64,000 bases of DNA from an uncultured Gammaproteobacteria bacterium (GCA_963797555.1 CAWCPV010000017.1:85161-149160), one strand, 5' to 3'; positions 49,425-60,277 are shown, numbered from the stretch's first letter. Notes: a model not told the origin generated them from the sequence alone. Numbers and translations: made by a program.

Positions 49425-52400
49425 ATGCCGCGATTCTTCATCGACCGGCCCATCTTCGCCTGGGTGTTGGCGATTCTCATCACGCTGGGGGGCGCCGCCG
49501 CCATCTTCAACCTGCCGGTAGCCGCCTACCCTCCGATCGCCCCGCCTCAGGTGAGCGTGAGTGCCTCCTATCCGGGCGCCAGCGCCGAGGTCATCGAGAA
49601 GACCGTGACCTCGGTGATCGAGCAACAGCTCACCGGCGTCGACAACCTGCTGTACTTCGAGTCCACCTCTCGCTCCAACGGTACGGTACAGATCACCCTG
49701 ACCTTCAGCAACGAGACCGATCCGGACATCGCCGCGGTGCAGGTACAGAACCGCCTCAGCGTGGCCGTGGCCCGGCTGCCTCAAGAAGTGGTCCAGAACG
49801 GCATCACCGTGGCCAAGGCGAACAACGACTTCCTCATGGTGGTGGCGCTGCAGTCCAGCGACCGCAGCATGGACACCTACGCCCTCAACAACCTGATCGC
49901 CTCCCAGGTGCTGGACCCCATCCAGCGCCTGCCCGGCGTGGGCGGCGCCACCCAGTTCGGCTCCAGCTACGCCATGCGCGTCTGGCTCAACCCCGACAAG
50001 CTGCGCGGCTATGGCCTCAGCGCCTCCCAGGTCCTGGCCGCGGTGCGGGCGCAGAACGTGCAGATCGCCGCCGGCTCGATCGGAGCCGAGCCCGCCCCGG
50101 CCGGCCAGGGCTTCACCGCCTCGGTCACGGCCGCCAGCCGCTTCACCAGCGCCGAGGAGTTCGGCAACATCATCCTGCGCTCCGATGCCGACGGCAGCAC
50201 GGTGCGGGTCAGGGACGTCGCCCGCATCGGGCTGGGGGCCGAGGCTTATGGCCATGATGTTCACCTAAACGGCGACCCCATCGCCGGCTTCGCCATCCAG
50301 TTGGCGCCCGAGGCCAATGCACTGCAGGTGGCCGGTGCGATACGGGCCAAGATGGACCAGCTCGCGGCCTACTTCCCGGCCGGGGTGAGCTGGATGGTGC
50401 CTTACGACAGCACCCAGTTCATCAGCATCTCCATCCGCGAGGTGCTGTTCACGCTGATCGAAGCGGTAGCGCTCGTGTTCCTGGTCATCCTGCTGTTCCT
50501 TCAGAACCTGCGCGCCACAATGATCCCGACTCTGGTGGTGCCGGTAGCGCTCACCAGCGCCTTCGCCGGGATGTATATCGCGGGCTTCTCCATCAACGTG
50601 TTGAGCCTGTTCGGCCTGGTGCTGGCCATCGGCTTGGTGGTGGACGACGCCATCGTCGTGGTGGAGAACGTCGAGCGCATCATGACCGAGGAGGGCCTTG
50701 CGCCGAAAGAGGCGGCCCGCAAGGCCATGGATCAGATTACCGGCGCGGTCATCGCCATGACCACGGTGCTGGCGGCAGTGTTCATTCCCATGGCCCTCGT
50801 GGGCGGCAGCGTGGGGGCGATTTACCGCCAGTTCTCCCTGACCATCGCCATCTCCATGGGCATCTCGGCCCTCATGGCCCTGAGCTTCACCCCGGCCCTG
50901 TGCGCCAGCCTGCTCAACACGGTCCACAAGAAGCCGAACTGGTTCCTGCGCGGCTTCAACCGCTTCTACGGCTGGGTGAGCCGCTCCTATCTGGCTCGCG
51001 TGGCCGAGGCTATCCGCCACACCCCGCGCTGGATGGCGGCGTTCGCCGTGCTGGTGGCGCTGGCGGTGTTCCTGTTCACCCGCCTGCCCGGCAGCTTCCT
51101 GCCCGAGGAAGACCAGGGCTATGCCCTGGTGATCGTCCAGTTGCCCCCCGGCGCCAACATCGAACGCACCACAGGCGTGCTGCGCCAGATGGAGCTCGTC
51201 GTCCAGAAGAACCCGGCGGTGGAAAAGGTGCTGGACGTGGCCGGCTTCAGCTTCGTCGGCCAGGGCGAGAACGTCGGTCTGGGCTTCATCCGGCTCAAGG
51301 ACTGGAGCCAGCGGACCAAGCCCAGCGAACAGATCGGCCCCTTCATGCAGTGGGCCAACGGCGCCCTGCAGAGCATCAAGGGCGCGAGCATCTTCGTCAT
51401 CAACATGCCCACCGTCCGCGGCCTGGGCCGCTTCGGCGGCTTCGACTTCCGCCTCGAGGACCGCGCCGGGCTGGGCCACGACAAGCTCATGGCGGCGCGC
51501 AACGCGCTGCTCGGGGCGGCGGCGAAGAATCCCGCGCTGTACGGCGTGCGGCCCAACCAGTTGGAGGACGCGCCCGAGCTGCACCTGTACGTGGACCGCG
51601 TCCAGGCGGAATCCATGGGCCTCTCCCTGCCGGATATCTACGGCGCCATCCAGCTCATGCTGGCCCCGGTGTATGCCAACGACTTCAACTACCAGGGCCG
51701 TGTGCTGAAGGTCCTGCTGCAGGCCGACGCCTCCTACCGCAGCCGCTCCGAAGACCTGAGCCATTACTACATTCCCAACCGCAAGGGCGGCCTCGACGAC
51801 ATGGTGCCCCTGAGCAGCGTCGTCACCCCGAGCTGGACCCTGGCGGCGCCGGCCATCGACCACTACAACGGCTATGGGGCGATCCAGGTCAACGGCGCCG
51901 CCGCCCCGGAGCACAGCTCCGGTCAGGCCATGGCGGCGATGGAGGAGATCGTCAAGAAGGACTTGCCCCAGGGCATCGGCTACGAGTGGTCGGGCCAGTC
52001 GTTCCAAGAGATCCTCTCGGGCAAGCAGGCGCCGATTCTCTTCGCCCTCTCCCTGCTGGTGGTGTTCCTGGCGTTGTCCGCCCTCTACGAGAGCTGGTCC
52101 ATTCCGGCGGCGGTGATGCTGGTGGTGCCCCTGGGCGTGCTCGGCGCCCTCACTCTGACCTGGCTGCGGGGCCTGGAGAACGACGTGTACTTCAAGGTGG
52201 GCCTGATCGCGGTGATCGGCTTGTCCGCGAAAAACGCGATCCTGATCATCGAGTTCGCCAACACGATGCGCAAACAGGGCAAAGGCGTTTTGGAAGCCAC
52301 TCAGGAGGCCTGCCGACTCCGCTTCCGGCCGATCATCATGACCTCCATCGCGTTCATCCTGGGCGTGCTGCCGCTGGCCATCTCCACCGGCGCGGGCGCC

Positions 52401-52565
52401 AACAGCCGCCACGCCATCGGCACCGGGGTGATGGGGGGCATGCTCGGCGCAACCCTGCTCGGGGTGCTGTTCGTGCCGGTGTTTTTCGTGGTCGTACGCC
52501 GCCTGCTGGGCGACCGGAGCGACGGCACGGAGGATGCGCCGCAGCGCGGCGAGCGCAGTCCCTGA
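49425..52565 (+). CDS. AcrB/MexB-type multidrug RND permease
   Basis: FFIDRPIFAWV, AIGLVVDDAIVVVENVER, SAKNAILI and RFRPIIMTS. Confidence 0.95.
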   Translation: MPRFFIDRPIFAWVLAILITLGGAAAIFNLPVAAYPPIAPPQVSVSASYPGASAEVIEKTVTSVIEQQLTGVDNLLYFESTSRSNGTVQITLTFSNETDPDIAAVQVQNRLSVAVARLPQEVVQNGITVAKANNDFLMVVALQSSDRSMDTYALNNLIASQVLDPIQRLPGVGGATQFGSSYAMRVWLNPDKLRGYGLSASQVLAAVRAQNVQIAAGSIGAEPAPAGQGFTASVTAASRFTSAEEFGNIILRSDADGSTVRVRDVARIGLGAEAYGHDVHLNGDPIAGFAIQLAPEANALQVAGAIRAKMDQLAAYFPAGVSWMVPYDSTQFISISIREVLFTLIEAVALVFLVILLFLQNLRATMIPTLVVPVALTSAFAGMYIAGFSINVLSLFGLVLAIGLVVDDAIVVVENVERIMTEEGLAPKEAARKAMDQITGAVIAMTTVLAAVFIPMALVGGSVGAIYRQFSLTIAISMGISALMALSFTPALCASLLNTVHKKPNWFLRGFNRFYGWVSRSYLARVAEAIRHTPRWMAAFAVLVALAVFLFTRLPGSFLPEEDQGYALVIVQLPPGANIERTTGVLRQMELVVQKNPAVEKVLDVAGFSFVGQGENVGLGFIRLKDWSQRTKPSEQIGPFMQWANGALQSIKGASIFVINMPTVRGLGRFGGFDFRLEDRAGLGHDKLMAARNALLGAAAKNPALYGVRPNQLEDAPELHLYVDRVQAESMGLSLPDIYGAIQLMLAPVYANDFNYQGRVLKVLLQADASYRSRSEDLSHYYIPNRKGGLDDMVPLSSVVTPSWTLAAPAIDHYNGYGAIQVNGAAAPEHSSGQAMAAMEEIVKKDLPQGIGYEWSGQSFQEILSGKQAPILFALSLLVVFLALSALYESWSIPAAVMLVVPLGVLGALTLTWLRGLENDVYFKVGLIAVIGLSAKNAILIIEFANTMRKQGKGVLEATQEACRLRFRPIIMTSIAFILGVLPLAISTGAGANSRHAIGTGVMGGMLGATLLGVLFVPVFFVVVRRLLGDRSDGTEDAPQRGERSP

Positions 52566-52646
52566 AGACCAGCCGTCACGAGTGACTGACCCTGAAGGCA
52601 TACCCGGCTCGGCCACGCCGATTGCCGTCACAAGAGGAGTCACAGC

Positions 52647-53396
52647 ATGAAACGATTCGAAGGCAAGAACGTGCTCGTCACGGGCGGCAATAGTGGGATC
52701 GGTCTGGCGGCAGCGCTCGCGTTCACGAAAGAAGGCGCCCGCGTCGTGTTCACGGGACGCGATCAATCCACCTTGGACAAGGCGGCAGCACAGCTCGGCG
52801 AAAATGCCGTCGCGGTGCGAAACGACGCCGGGAGCGTCGCGGACGGGATCGTGCTGGCAACGATGCTGCAACACCGGGGCGTGATGCTCGACGCCGTTTT
52901 TGTCAACGCGGGCGTGGCCACGCTCGCTGCGTTCGAAGCGGTCGGGGAAGAGATGTGGGATGCGGCCTTCAACACCAACGTGAAAGGTCCTTATTTCCTG
53001 ATCAAGGCGCTGATGCCACTGCTGAATCCGGGAGCCGCCATCGTGCTCAACGGCTCGATCAACGCTCACATCGGCATGCCCAATACGAGCGTGTATGCCG
53101 CCAGCAAGGCCGCATTGATCTCGCTGGCGAAGACGCTGTCCTCCGAGCTGTTGGAGAGGGGCGTCCGCGTCAATGTGGTCAGCCCCGGCCCTATCGCGAC
53201 ACCTCTCTTTGGCCGCCTGGGTCTACCCGCGGAGCAGGTCTCCGAAGTCGCGACCAGGATCCAGGCCCAGATCCCGCTCAAGCGGTTCGGTACGCCCGAG
53301 GAGATCGCGAGCGCGGTGCTTTATCTTGCGTCTGCCGAGTCGGCATACATCGTCGGCACCGAGCTGGTGGCCGACGGCGGCATGAGCCAGCTCTAG
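52647..53396 (+). CDS. SDR-family oxidoreductase
   Basis: TGGNSGIG, NAG and YAASK. Confidence 0.93.
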   Translation: MKRFEGKNVLVTGGNSGIGLAAALAFTKEGARVVFTGRDQSTLDKAAAQLGENAVAVRNDAGSVADGIVLATMLQHRGVMLDAVFVNAGVATLAAFEAVGEEMWDAAFNTNVKGPYFLIKALMPLLNPGAAIVLNGSINAHIGMPNTSVYAASKAALISLAKTLSSELLERGVRVNVVSPGPIATPLFGRLGLPAEQVSEVATRIQAQIPLKRFGTPEEIASAVLYLASAESAYIVGTELVADGGMSQL

Positions 53397-53637
53397 ATTT
53401 TCACGGGATGGCATTTCGAGGCCGACAGGAGCCTTGAAGCCGGGATAGAAATCCTGTATAGATCTCCCGCAGTCGGATCTAACACTACAAGAACTGAGGT
53501 GAGACGCGGGAAGCTTTCTCACCAGATCGGCGCGACATCACACGAAGATCTGCCCGTCCTGCCGCTACGCTCGAGCTTCCGAGCGAGCTGCGAGGCACGG
53601 CGGAGGCGGCCCTGGGGGGCCTCCAAGGGAGGAAATC

Positions 53638-55175
53638 ATGGCGAGAAAGCTGGCCAAGAAGCCGGTCGCGGCAGCCGCTGCCGAAGAGCGGCCCGTCACC
53701 GTCGTTTACATCCACGGCATCGGGCCGAAGCCCGCCCCCAACGTCCTCAAGCGCCAGTGGGATCAGGCGCTGTTCGGGGTAGACATGGGCGCCCGCACGC
53801 GCATGGCGTACTGGGCCGACATCCGCCACCCGGCCACCGAGACCAAGAGCCTGGCCGCCGGCATCCCGGAGGCTTACCGGCCCCTTTCCGACGCGGAGCG
53901 GGTGGACGAGTCTCGGCGCCTCGCCCCCTATGGGAAGGACGCCGAGGCCTTCGCCCAGGCGCTCGCCAAACGGCTGCTGCAGAAACCGGCCGCTCCTGCA
54001 AGAGCCAAGGGAGTCGAAGCCAAGGTGCTGCCGGATTGATTCGCCGGCCGGTCACCGAGTGGCTCACCAAGACCTTCATACAGGACACCGCCGCCTACTT
54101 CTACGACGCCGAGCAGCGCGCCGCCATGCAGGAGCGGCTGCGCCGGCTGCTAATCCCTGAAGGCGGCCCGTATCTCGTGGTGGCCCACAGCCAGGGCACC
54201 CTCATCGCTTACGACGTGCTGCGCGCTCTGGAGAAAGAGGGTGTCCCGGTGCCGCTGCTCGTGACCCTGGGCTCTCCCCTCGGCATCGAGGAGGTCCAGG
54301 ACCACATCACCCGGCCCCTCGCCGTCCCGAAAAATGTCACGGACTGGAAGAACTTCGCCGACCTCCTGGACCCGGTGGCTCTCAACAAGGATCTCGAAAA
54401 CGACTTCGCCCCGAAGGGGCGGATCGAGGACCAATTGGTGGAGAACGGGGAGAGCTTCCCCTTCGCCGCGGGCTTCGACCCGCATTCCTCCACCGGCTAC
54501 CTCGAAACCCCCGAGGTCCGGGCGGCCGTGCGGGACCGCGTCCCGCCGACCGCCGCCGGGCCGCTCGCCTCCTTCGTGGTGGCGCGCAACGTCGCCGCCG
54601 ACATGGACCGAAGCTTCCAACGGCTCCCGGTGCTCATCGAGCTCGCCGCCGACCTGGAAGGGGGCACCCTGGCCGAGCGGCGCGACGCGTTGGTCGAGGA
54701 GCTGAACCAGCTCACCGGCAAGGCCGAGGAGGCCGCCATCAATCCCCTCACCCGTTATGTCGCCGCCTCCCTCACCCAGGAGGAGATCGTGCGCCTAGGG
54801 GCGCGGCACCAGAACCTCAACATCACCCGCATCTGGAAGAACAGCCGCAAGCGCGCCCTGCTCGATCAGTCCGGTCAGACCGTCCAGGCCTACACCGCCC
54901 AGCTCGGCTACGGCGCCACCGGCAAGGACATCGCCTGGGCGGTGCTCGATACCGGAGTTCGGGCCGAGCATCCCCGCTTCGCCACCTTCGGTAACGTCAA
55001 GGCGCAGTTCGACTGCACCGGCGTCGGCAAACCGGTCAAAGGCAAGGCGTTGGACAGCAACGGCCACGGCACCCACGTCGGCGGCATCATCGGCGGCAGC
55101 GGCGGCGAGGCACCCAATGCCCGCTACAAGGGCATGGCGCCCGAGGTCGGGCTGTCTCCTCCCAACAAGTACTAA
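53638..55175 (+). pseudogene. Alpha/beta-hydrolase + S8 subtilase fusion, frameshift near 54035, C-terminally truncated
   Basis: YIHGIG, AHSQG, TLGSPLG, DPVA and PHS (lipase-like fold), then VLDTGV and HGTHVGG; ends at GMAPEV before the catalytic Ser motif. Confidence 0.75.
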
Positions 55176-55185
55176 GAGCCCATTC

Positions 55186-55214
55186 TTGACCAGCTTTCGC
55201 AAATAGCATATGCT
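55186..55214 (+). promoter_or_regulatory. Sigma70-like promoter
   Basis: TTGACC-N17-TATGCT; AGCATATGCT palindrome overlaps the -10; AGGAGG RBS downstream. Confidence 0.6.
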
Positions 55215-55269
55215 TTGTCCGTAACGCAACCGTTGACAAATCACATCAAATCGTGTAGGAGGACCTCAC

Positions 55270-55731
55270 ATGGCAACGCCGCAAGAGCATGCTGTCGCTG
55301 GTAGTATGCTTCATGCGCTCGCCGCCGACATGTCGTCCCTAGCGCTATATGCCGCCGCGGAGATTGACGCGTTTATGCGGGGGAAACCAACAACATTCGC
55401 TGCCGTATCAACTCTTCAGCATGAGTTCTCAACCCCTGACCTATTAGCCCAACTTGACGCCAACACTGCCGTTGCCGTGAACCAAGCCATCGCAACTTCG
55501 AGCGTAACCGATCTCGCCTCTACCCCCGCCCAGTTTACAGTCGAGACAGGTAAAATCCTTGCGATGTTGACCAGCTTAGCCTCACATCCCGCGAGATCTC
55601 TGCCGACCGACAACGGCGAACTGGCACAGCTTAAGAAACTCCGAGAGTTTTTGATTGCACTATCAACATCCGCTACCTACTGTGAACCAGCGTGGGACGA
55701 GTTAGAGGTGCAGCATCCCTTTCGGAGGTAG
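55270..55731 (+). CDS. Hypothetical protein (lower GC)
   Basis: 153-aa ORF with strong RBS and promoter; no motif recognised. Confidence 0.65.
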   Translation: MATPQEHAVAGSMLHALAADMSSLALYAAAEIDAFMRGKPTTFAAVSTLQHEFSTPDLLAQLDANTAVAVNQAIATSSVTDLASTPAQFTVETGKILAMLTSLASHPARSLPTDNGELAQLKKLREFLIALSTSATYCEPAWDELEVQHPFRR

Positions 55732-55734
55732 CTC

Positions 55735-56204
55735 GTGCTGGAGCTGGACTACGCGAAAGGTAAGGTTGCAGTCTTTTCTTTCCGAGATATCGCGCCTCCA
55801 GGACGCGGAATTTCCCTACCCCGATAGTCTTACCGCGCTCGACACGCTTCGGCGTTTTTTTGAGGAGATACGGGACCGTCTCGAACGCAGTTCTGATAGC
55901 GAACCGGGGCTGGTACGCCCGCTATGCGCCGACGCGGTAAGGAAGCTCCAGCACTATCTACCGTTACTTGGCTTCCTCCTTCGCTCCACTAACGTCCGCA
56001 ATGCGTTCGAAGTGGTCGGTCCGCTGTTGACGCTGGCCGGTCAAGTTGCTCCCTTCGGGTATCTGGCCGCACGGGAAGCACACACGTCTCATTTTGTCAT
56101 CGGAATGGGAATACTCTCCTCTCGTCTATAGCAATATTCCGGTCTTGCCTGGTTTGTGCTCATAGGGCTTCCTGCCCATGATTCTGGCAACGCGTTGCTC
56201 GTTC
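55735..56204 (+). pseudogene. Hypothetical protein, frameshifted and cut by an IS end
   Basis: GGAGG-GTG start; reads VLELDYAKGK/LQSFLSEI...LGFLLRSTNVRNAFE.../RLILSSEWEYSP.../VLIGLPAHDSGNALLV up to the IS end. Confidence 0.55.
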
Positions 56205-56715
56205 GTAACCGTTCAGACCCTCCCACCAGTTGATCGATGCGTTAAGAGCGCGTCCAGCGCAGCAGAGCCGCTCGGCTTGTCGTACACTCCCGGCTCATGG
56301 ATCAAGAGCCCTCTATTCCGCAGGCGATCACGGCGAGCGGCCGGAGCTTTACCGAAGAGGAGATCTCCGCCATCGTCCGAATGGTGTCGATGTGCGTGGG
56401 CCTGAGTCGTTTTGAGCTGGCGCAGACCATCTGTGAGCTGCTGGGGTGGAGACGGGACAACGGAGCCCTGAAGTCCCGCGAGTGTCGGGATCTACTGGAG
56501 CGGTTGGAAGCTCGGGGGGATCTGGGGCTTCCCGCCAAGCGCACGGGCAGGCCCAAGGGGCGGCGCACCTGCACTGCGCAGACCGATCGGGGCGAACGCC
56601 GCGGCGAGATTGCCGGTGCGCTGCAGGAGGTGGCCCCGGTGGAGCTTCAGTTAGTGCGCCAGGCCGAGGGACGGGCATTGTGGCGCGAGCTTCTCGCGCG
56701 CTATCACTACTTGAG
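56205..56715 (+). mobile_element. Truncated IS-like element carrying a DUF4338 gene fragment (CDS from 56297)
   Basis: Begins GTAACCGTTCAG; the ORF GRSFTEEEI...LAQTICELLGWRR...LWRELLARYHYL is homologous to the N-terminal half of ORF 63022..63894 and is cut by the RAYT element. Confidence 0.65.
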
Positions 56716-56771
56716 CGGGGGCGTGGGGTCAGTTCTCTACGTTACAGCCTCTGTTCTTGTATTCTCGCTCC

Positions 56772-57704
56772 GTGGCCCGACCCTTGCGACTCGAATTCCC
56801 CGGCGCCGTCTATCATGTCACCGCCCGCGGTGATGGGCGCGAGCCGATCTTTCTGGACGACGTGGACCGCCAGAGCTTCCTTGATCGGCTCGGCCGGGAG
56901 GTGATCCAGCAGGGCTGGCAGCTTTATGCCTTTTGCCTGATGGGAAACCACTATCACCTGCTGATGGAGACGCCCGAGGCCAATCTTGCACGGGGCATGC
57001 GGCGGCTGAACGGTGTTTACACCCAGGCGTTCAATCGCCGCCACAAACGGGTGGGGCACGTCCTACAGGGGCGCTACAAGGCTATCCTGGTGGACCGGGA
57101 CGCCTATCTGCTGGAGCTTTGCCGCTACGTCGTGCTCAACCCGGTGCGTGCGGGTCTCGTCGGCGACCCTGCCGAGTGGCCCTGGAGCAGCTACACCGCC
57201 ACCGCGGGCAATGCGCCGGTCCTGGACTGGATGGCTGCTGATGTGGTGCTTGGCCTGTTCGAGTCCGATCGCGCTGGAACTCGTCGCTCCTACGTTCGAT
57301 TCGTGGCCCAGGGGATCGGTCGGCCTGCGCCGTGGCGGAACCTCGCGGGCCAGATCTTCCTCGGCGATCAGGCATTCCTCCAACGGATGCAGGGGTTGGC
57401 TGCGCAGCGCCCTGCCGCCAACGTGCCGCGGGCTCAACGGGCACCCGCACGCCCGAGTCGAGAACGCATTCTGCGAGCCGTGGCCGATGCCTACGGCGTA
57501 GCTCCAGAGCAGGTGCTGCGACGCTCCAGTGGACGCGTCTTCAGGGTGGCCGTATACCTGCTTCGCCGAGTCGGCAACCTTCCCTTGGCAGAGGTTGCGA
57601 AACAGGCTGGCGTTTCTGCCTCTCGCGTCTCCCAGATTCAGGCCGAGCTGGAGGCGACCGAGGACGAGGAGCGGATGACGGCGATCTTGAGGACCGTAAT
57701 CTGA
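56772..57704 (+). CDS. REP-associated tyrosine transposase (RAYT, IS200-like Y1) with C-terminal HTH
   Basis: YHVTARG, HYHLL (HUH), QGRYKAILV, YVVLNPVRAG and WSSY; flanked by ggggtcagttctc and an imperfect inverse copy. Confidence 0.9.
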   Translation: MARPLRLEFPGAVYHVTARGDGREPIFLDDVDRQSFLDRLGREVIQQGWQLYAFCLMGNHYHLLMETPEANLARGMRRLNGVYTQAFNRRHKRVGHVLQGRYKAILVDRDAYLLELCRYVVLNPVRAGLVGDPAEWPWSSYTATAGNAPVLDWMAADVVLGLFESDRAGTRRSYVRFVAQGIGRPAPWRNLAGQIFLGDQAFLQRMQGLAAQRPAANVPRAQRAPARPSRERILRAVADAYGVAPEQVLRRSSGRVFRVAVYLLRRVGNLPLAEVAKQAGVSASRVSQIQAELEATEDEERMTAILRTVI

Positions 57705-57781
57705 GATACTGGCCTTTGTTGCTCTCCTGAGCGCCTCTCGTCGGCACGGGATGAGAAAACCCTCTCGCGTTGGCCAATTGT

Positions 57782-59242
57782 ATGCCGCCGAATAGCTTCA
57801 AGAGCGACGAAAGCTTTCTGCAGAAACTCGCGGTCGGCGCCGCGGGTACCAAGGCGACTCTCGCCCGACTCAAGGAGATAGGCTTCGAGCCGATCGAGCT
57901 GGAGCGCGGGTCTTCGGGTTTCAAGATATGGAAGCGTATCAAGATCAAGCGGGTACGGATGCCCGACATTCTCTGCCTGCGAAGCGGACTGAGGTTCGAG
58001 TCTCGGGGCAAGACCAAGCTTGAGATCTCGATGTCGCATTCCCGGTCGAACCCTGAAAGGGCGTGGGATGCGGGGCTTGCAGCCACTGACTATGTGGTGG
58101 TGGTCCTGTGCGAACAGGCCAGCGACTCCATAGTGGACTGGCGCCCGGCATCGCCGGTGCATTTCGTTCAGGTCAAGGGAATGCAGGACGCGTATCGGCG
58201 GGGACGGGTCAAGATACCCAGCCGAAGGGCGTCGAGGAGGGCTCGGAAATTCGGGTGATCTGGCCGTCGGCCGCTGCGAAGCAGCGGTCGGTCGTGGAAG
58301 AAGTCAGTCCCACCGCGATCCTCCTGCGCCCCCAAAGTGGCGGCCGCCCGCAACGGTGCCAGCTCGCGCGGAAGGGGCCGCTGGCTCCGCTATGCGAGGT
58401 GGGGCAGACCGTCCAACGGAACCAGATCGTGGCAGCGGTTACGCCCGTAGCGTTGAGCCTGAACACGCCGGCGGATGTGGGCGAGGCATACTTCGAGCAA
58501 CAGCTCAGAAGCACGGTTCTTACCGAGCGTTACGCCGCGGCCAAGGCGCTTCGCAACCGGGGCTTCACCCAGGCCGGTGCAGCGCTCAAAGCGCGTCTCG
58601 CCCAAGCCACCGAGAACATTTACGTCCGCCTGGAAGCGGCTGCGGCTTTGGCAGCCCACGCCGATGCCGACGGTTGGGGATTCCTGCAGCAGAGCCTCGA
58701 CAGTGAGTTCGACCAGGTCAAGCTCGAGACCGTGATCGTACTCTCGGAGGTCGACAAGCCTGAGAGCCAGGCCATGCTGATCGAAACTCTCGGAAATCGG
58801 AGTCGCCACGAAGAAATTCGAGCCGGGGCTGCGTGGGCACTGGGGCAGTTTCGGACTCCGTCCACCGCGAGGGCGCTCTCCGAAGCTCTGGACGAGATCA
58901 GTCTCGAAGTGAAGACCGAGGCGGCGCGTGCCCTGCTCCGGCTCGCTCCGGACCAAGTGCCGCTCCTTCTCGACCTTATCAAGTCCTCGCCCGTGGCGAA
59001 GAGAGACGGGCTTGCGTGGGTTCTGGCCCACCAAGGACAATTCGACCCGAAAGAGCTGCTCGCCGATGCTTCCGACGAAAATCTTCGACGCTGGGTGGCA
59101 TACAATCATCGGTTTTGGGAAGGACCGGTTCCTGGAAGCTGCGATCCGCGAGGTGGCAGCCGCCGATCCGCAGGTGTATTTCTCTGCAAGCGTGCTGTGG
59201 CAGCTACTGGCGAGTTGGATCAAAGACTTGAAGGAGTACTGA
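57782..59242 (+). CDS. Putative PD-(D/E)xK-like nuclease-HEAT-repeat protein (about 486 aa; frameshifts near 58215 and 59104)
   Basis: Joined from ORFs 57770, 58108 and 58928. N-terminal PDILC...FESRGK; HEAT-like units RYAAAKAL, RLEAAAALA, RAGAAWALG and KTEAARAL. Confidence 0.7.
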
Positions 59243-59244
59243 GG

Positions 59245-60277
59245 TTGCTGCCCGACAGGCGCGCGTTGTATCGAACAGAGCTGGGCGCGACCTACGTCGG
59301 CGATTCCCGCGCCCTGCTTGCCGGGCTGCCAGACAGCTCGATGGACCTGGTGATGACCTCCCCACCGTTCGCGCTTCGCCGGCAGAAGACCTACGGAAAC
59401 GTAGCCGAGACCGAGTACGTCGAGTGGCTGGTGCCATTTGCGCGGGACGTTCGCCGCGTCTTGAAGGACACCGGCAGCTTCGTGTTGGACCTGGGTGGGG
59501 CGTACCAGGCCGGCATGCCGGCGCGCTCGCTCTACAACTTCAGAGTGCTCATCGCGCTCTGCGACGAGGTGGGGTTCTTTCTCGCAGAGGACTTTTACTG
59601 GTTCAACCCGGCGAAGTTGCCCTCCCCGATCGAATGGGTCAACAAGCGGAAGATTCGGGCAAAGGACTCGGTGAACACGGTGTGGTGGTTCAGCAAGACG
59701 CCCGAGCCGAAGGCCGATGTGCGCAAGGTTCTGGCCCCGTACTCCGAGAGGATGAAGAAGCTCATCGCAGACCCGGACAGCTTCTACCAGCCCAGCAAGC
59801 GTCCTTCCGGCCACGACATCAGCAGGGGGTTCGGGACGGACAACGGCGGGGCCATCCCGCCAAATCTGCTGTCGATCCCGAACACGGACAGCAACTCCTT
59901 CTACCTTCGGATGTGCAAAAAGCACGGGCTCGATTGCCATCCCGCCCGGTTCCCGGAGGAGTTGCCCGCGTTTTTCATCAAGTTCTTGACCGAGCCTGGT
60001 GACCTCGTGGTCGATATCTTCGCGGGCTCGAACACCACCGGGGTCGCCGCGGAGCGCCTCGGCCGGCACTGGCTCTCCTTCGACTCGTCGTTGGAGTACC
60101 TTCGCGTCGGTGCTGCGGTTCATCGAGCGAGAGCCAGACACGACCATCGAGGAACTGCTCGCCAAGCTCCAAAACCCCGCGGCCGAGCACTTCATTCCTG
60201 CGGTGTGTCTGCCGACGCCGCCCCAACGACCGATCGAGCCGGCTGAGCCGACGCCAATGGATCTGTTCGGGCAATGA
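59245..60277 (+). CDS. Beta-class N4-cytosine DNA methyltransferase, M.PvuII-like (frameshift near 60100)
   Basis: LVMTSPPFAL, NPAKLPSPIEWVNKRKIR, HPARFP and DIFAGSNTTG; AAGGAG RBS plus TTG start 2 nt after the HEAT gene stop. Confidence 0.9.

Noticed and set aside
58108-60246. 712-aa HEAT-methyltransferase fusion ORF
   Set aside because: Produced by an indel near 59104; the HEAT gene has a natural C-terminus ending at 59242 and the methyltransferase has its own RBS and start.
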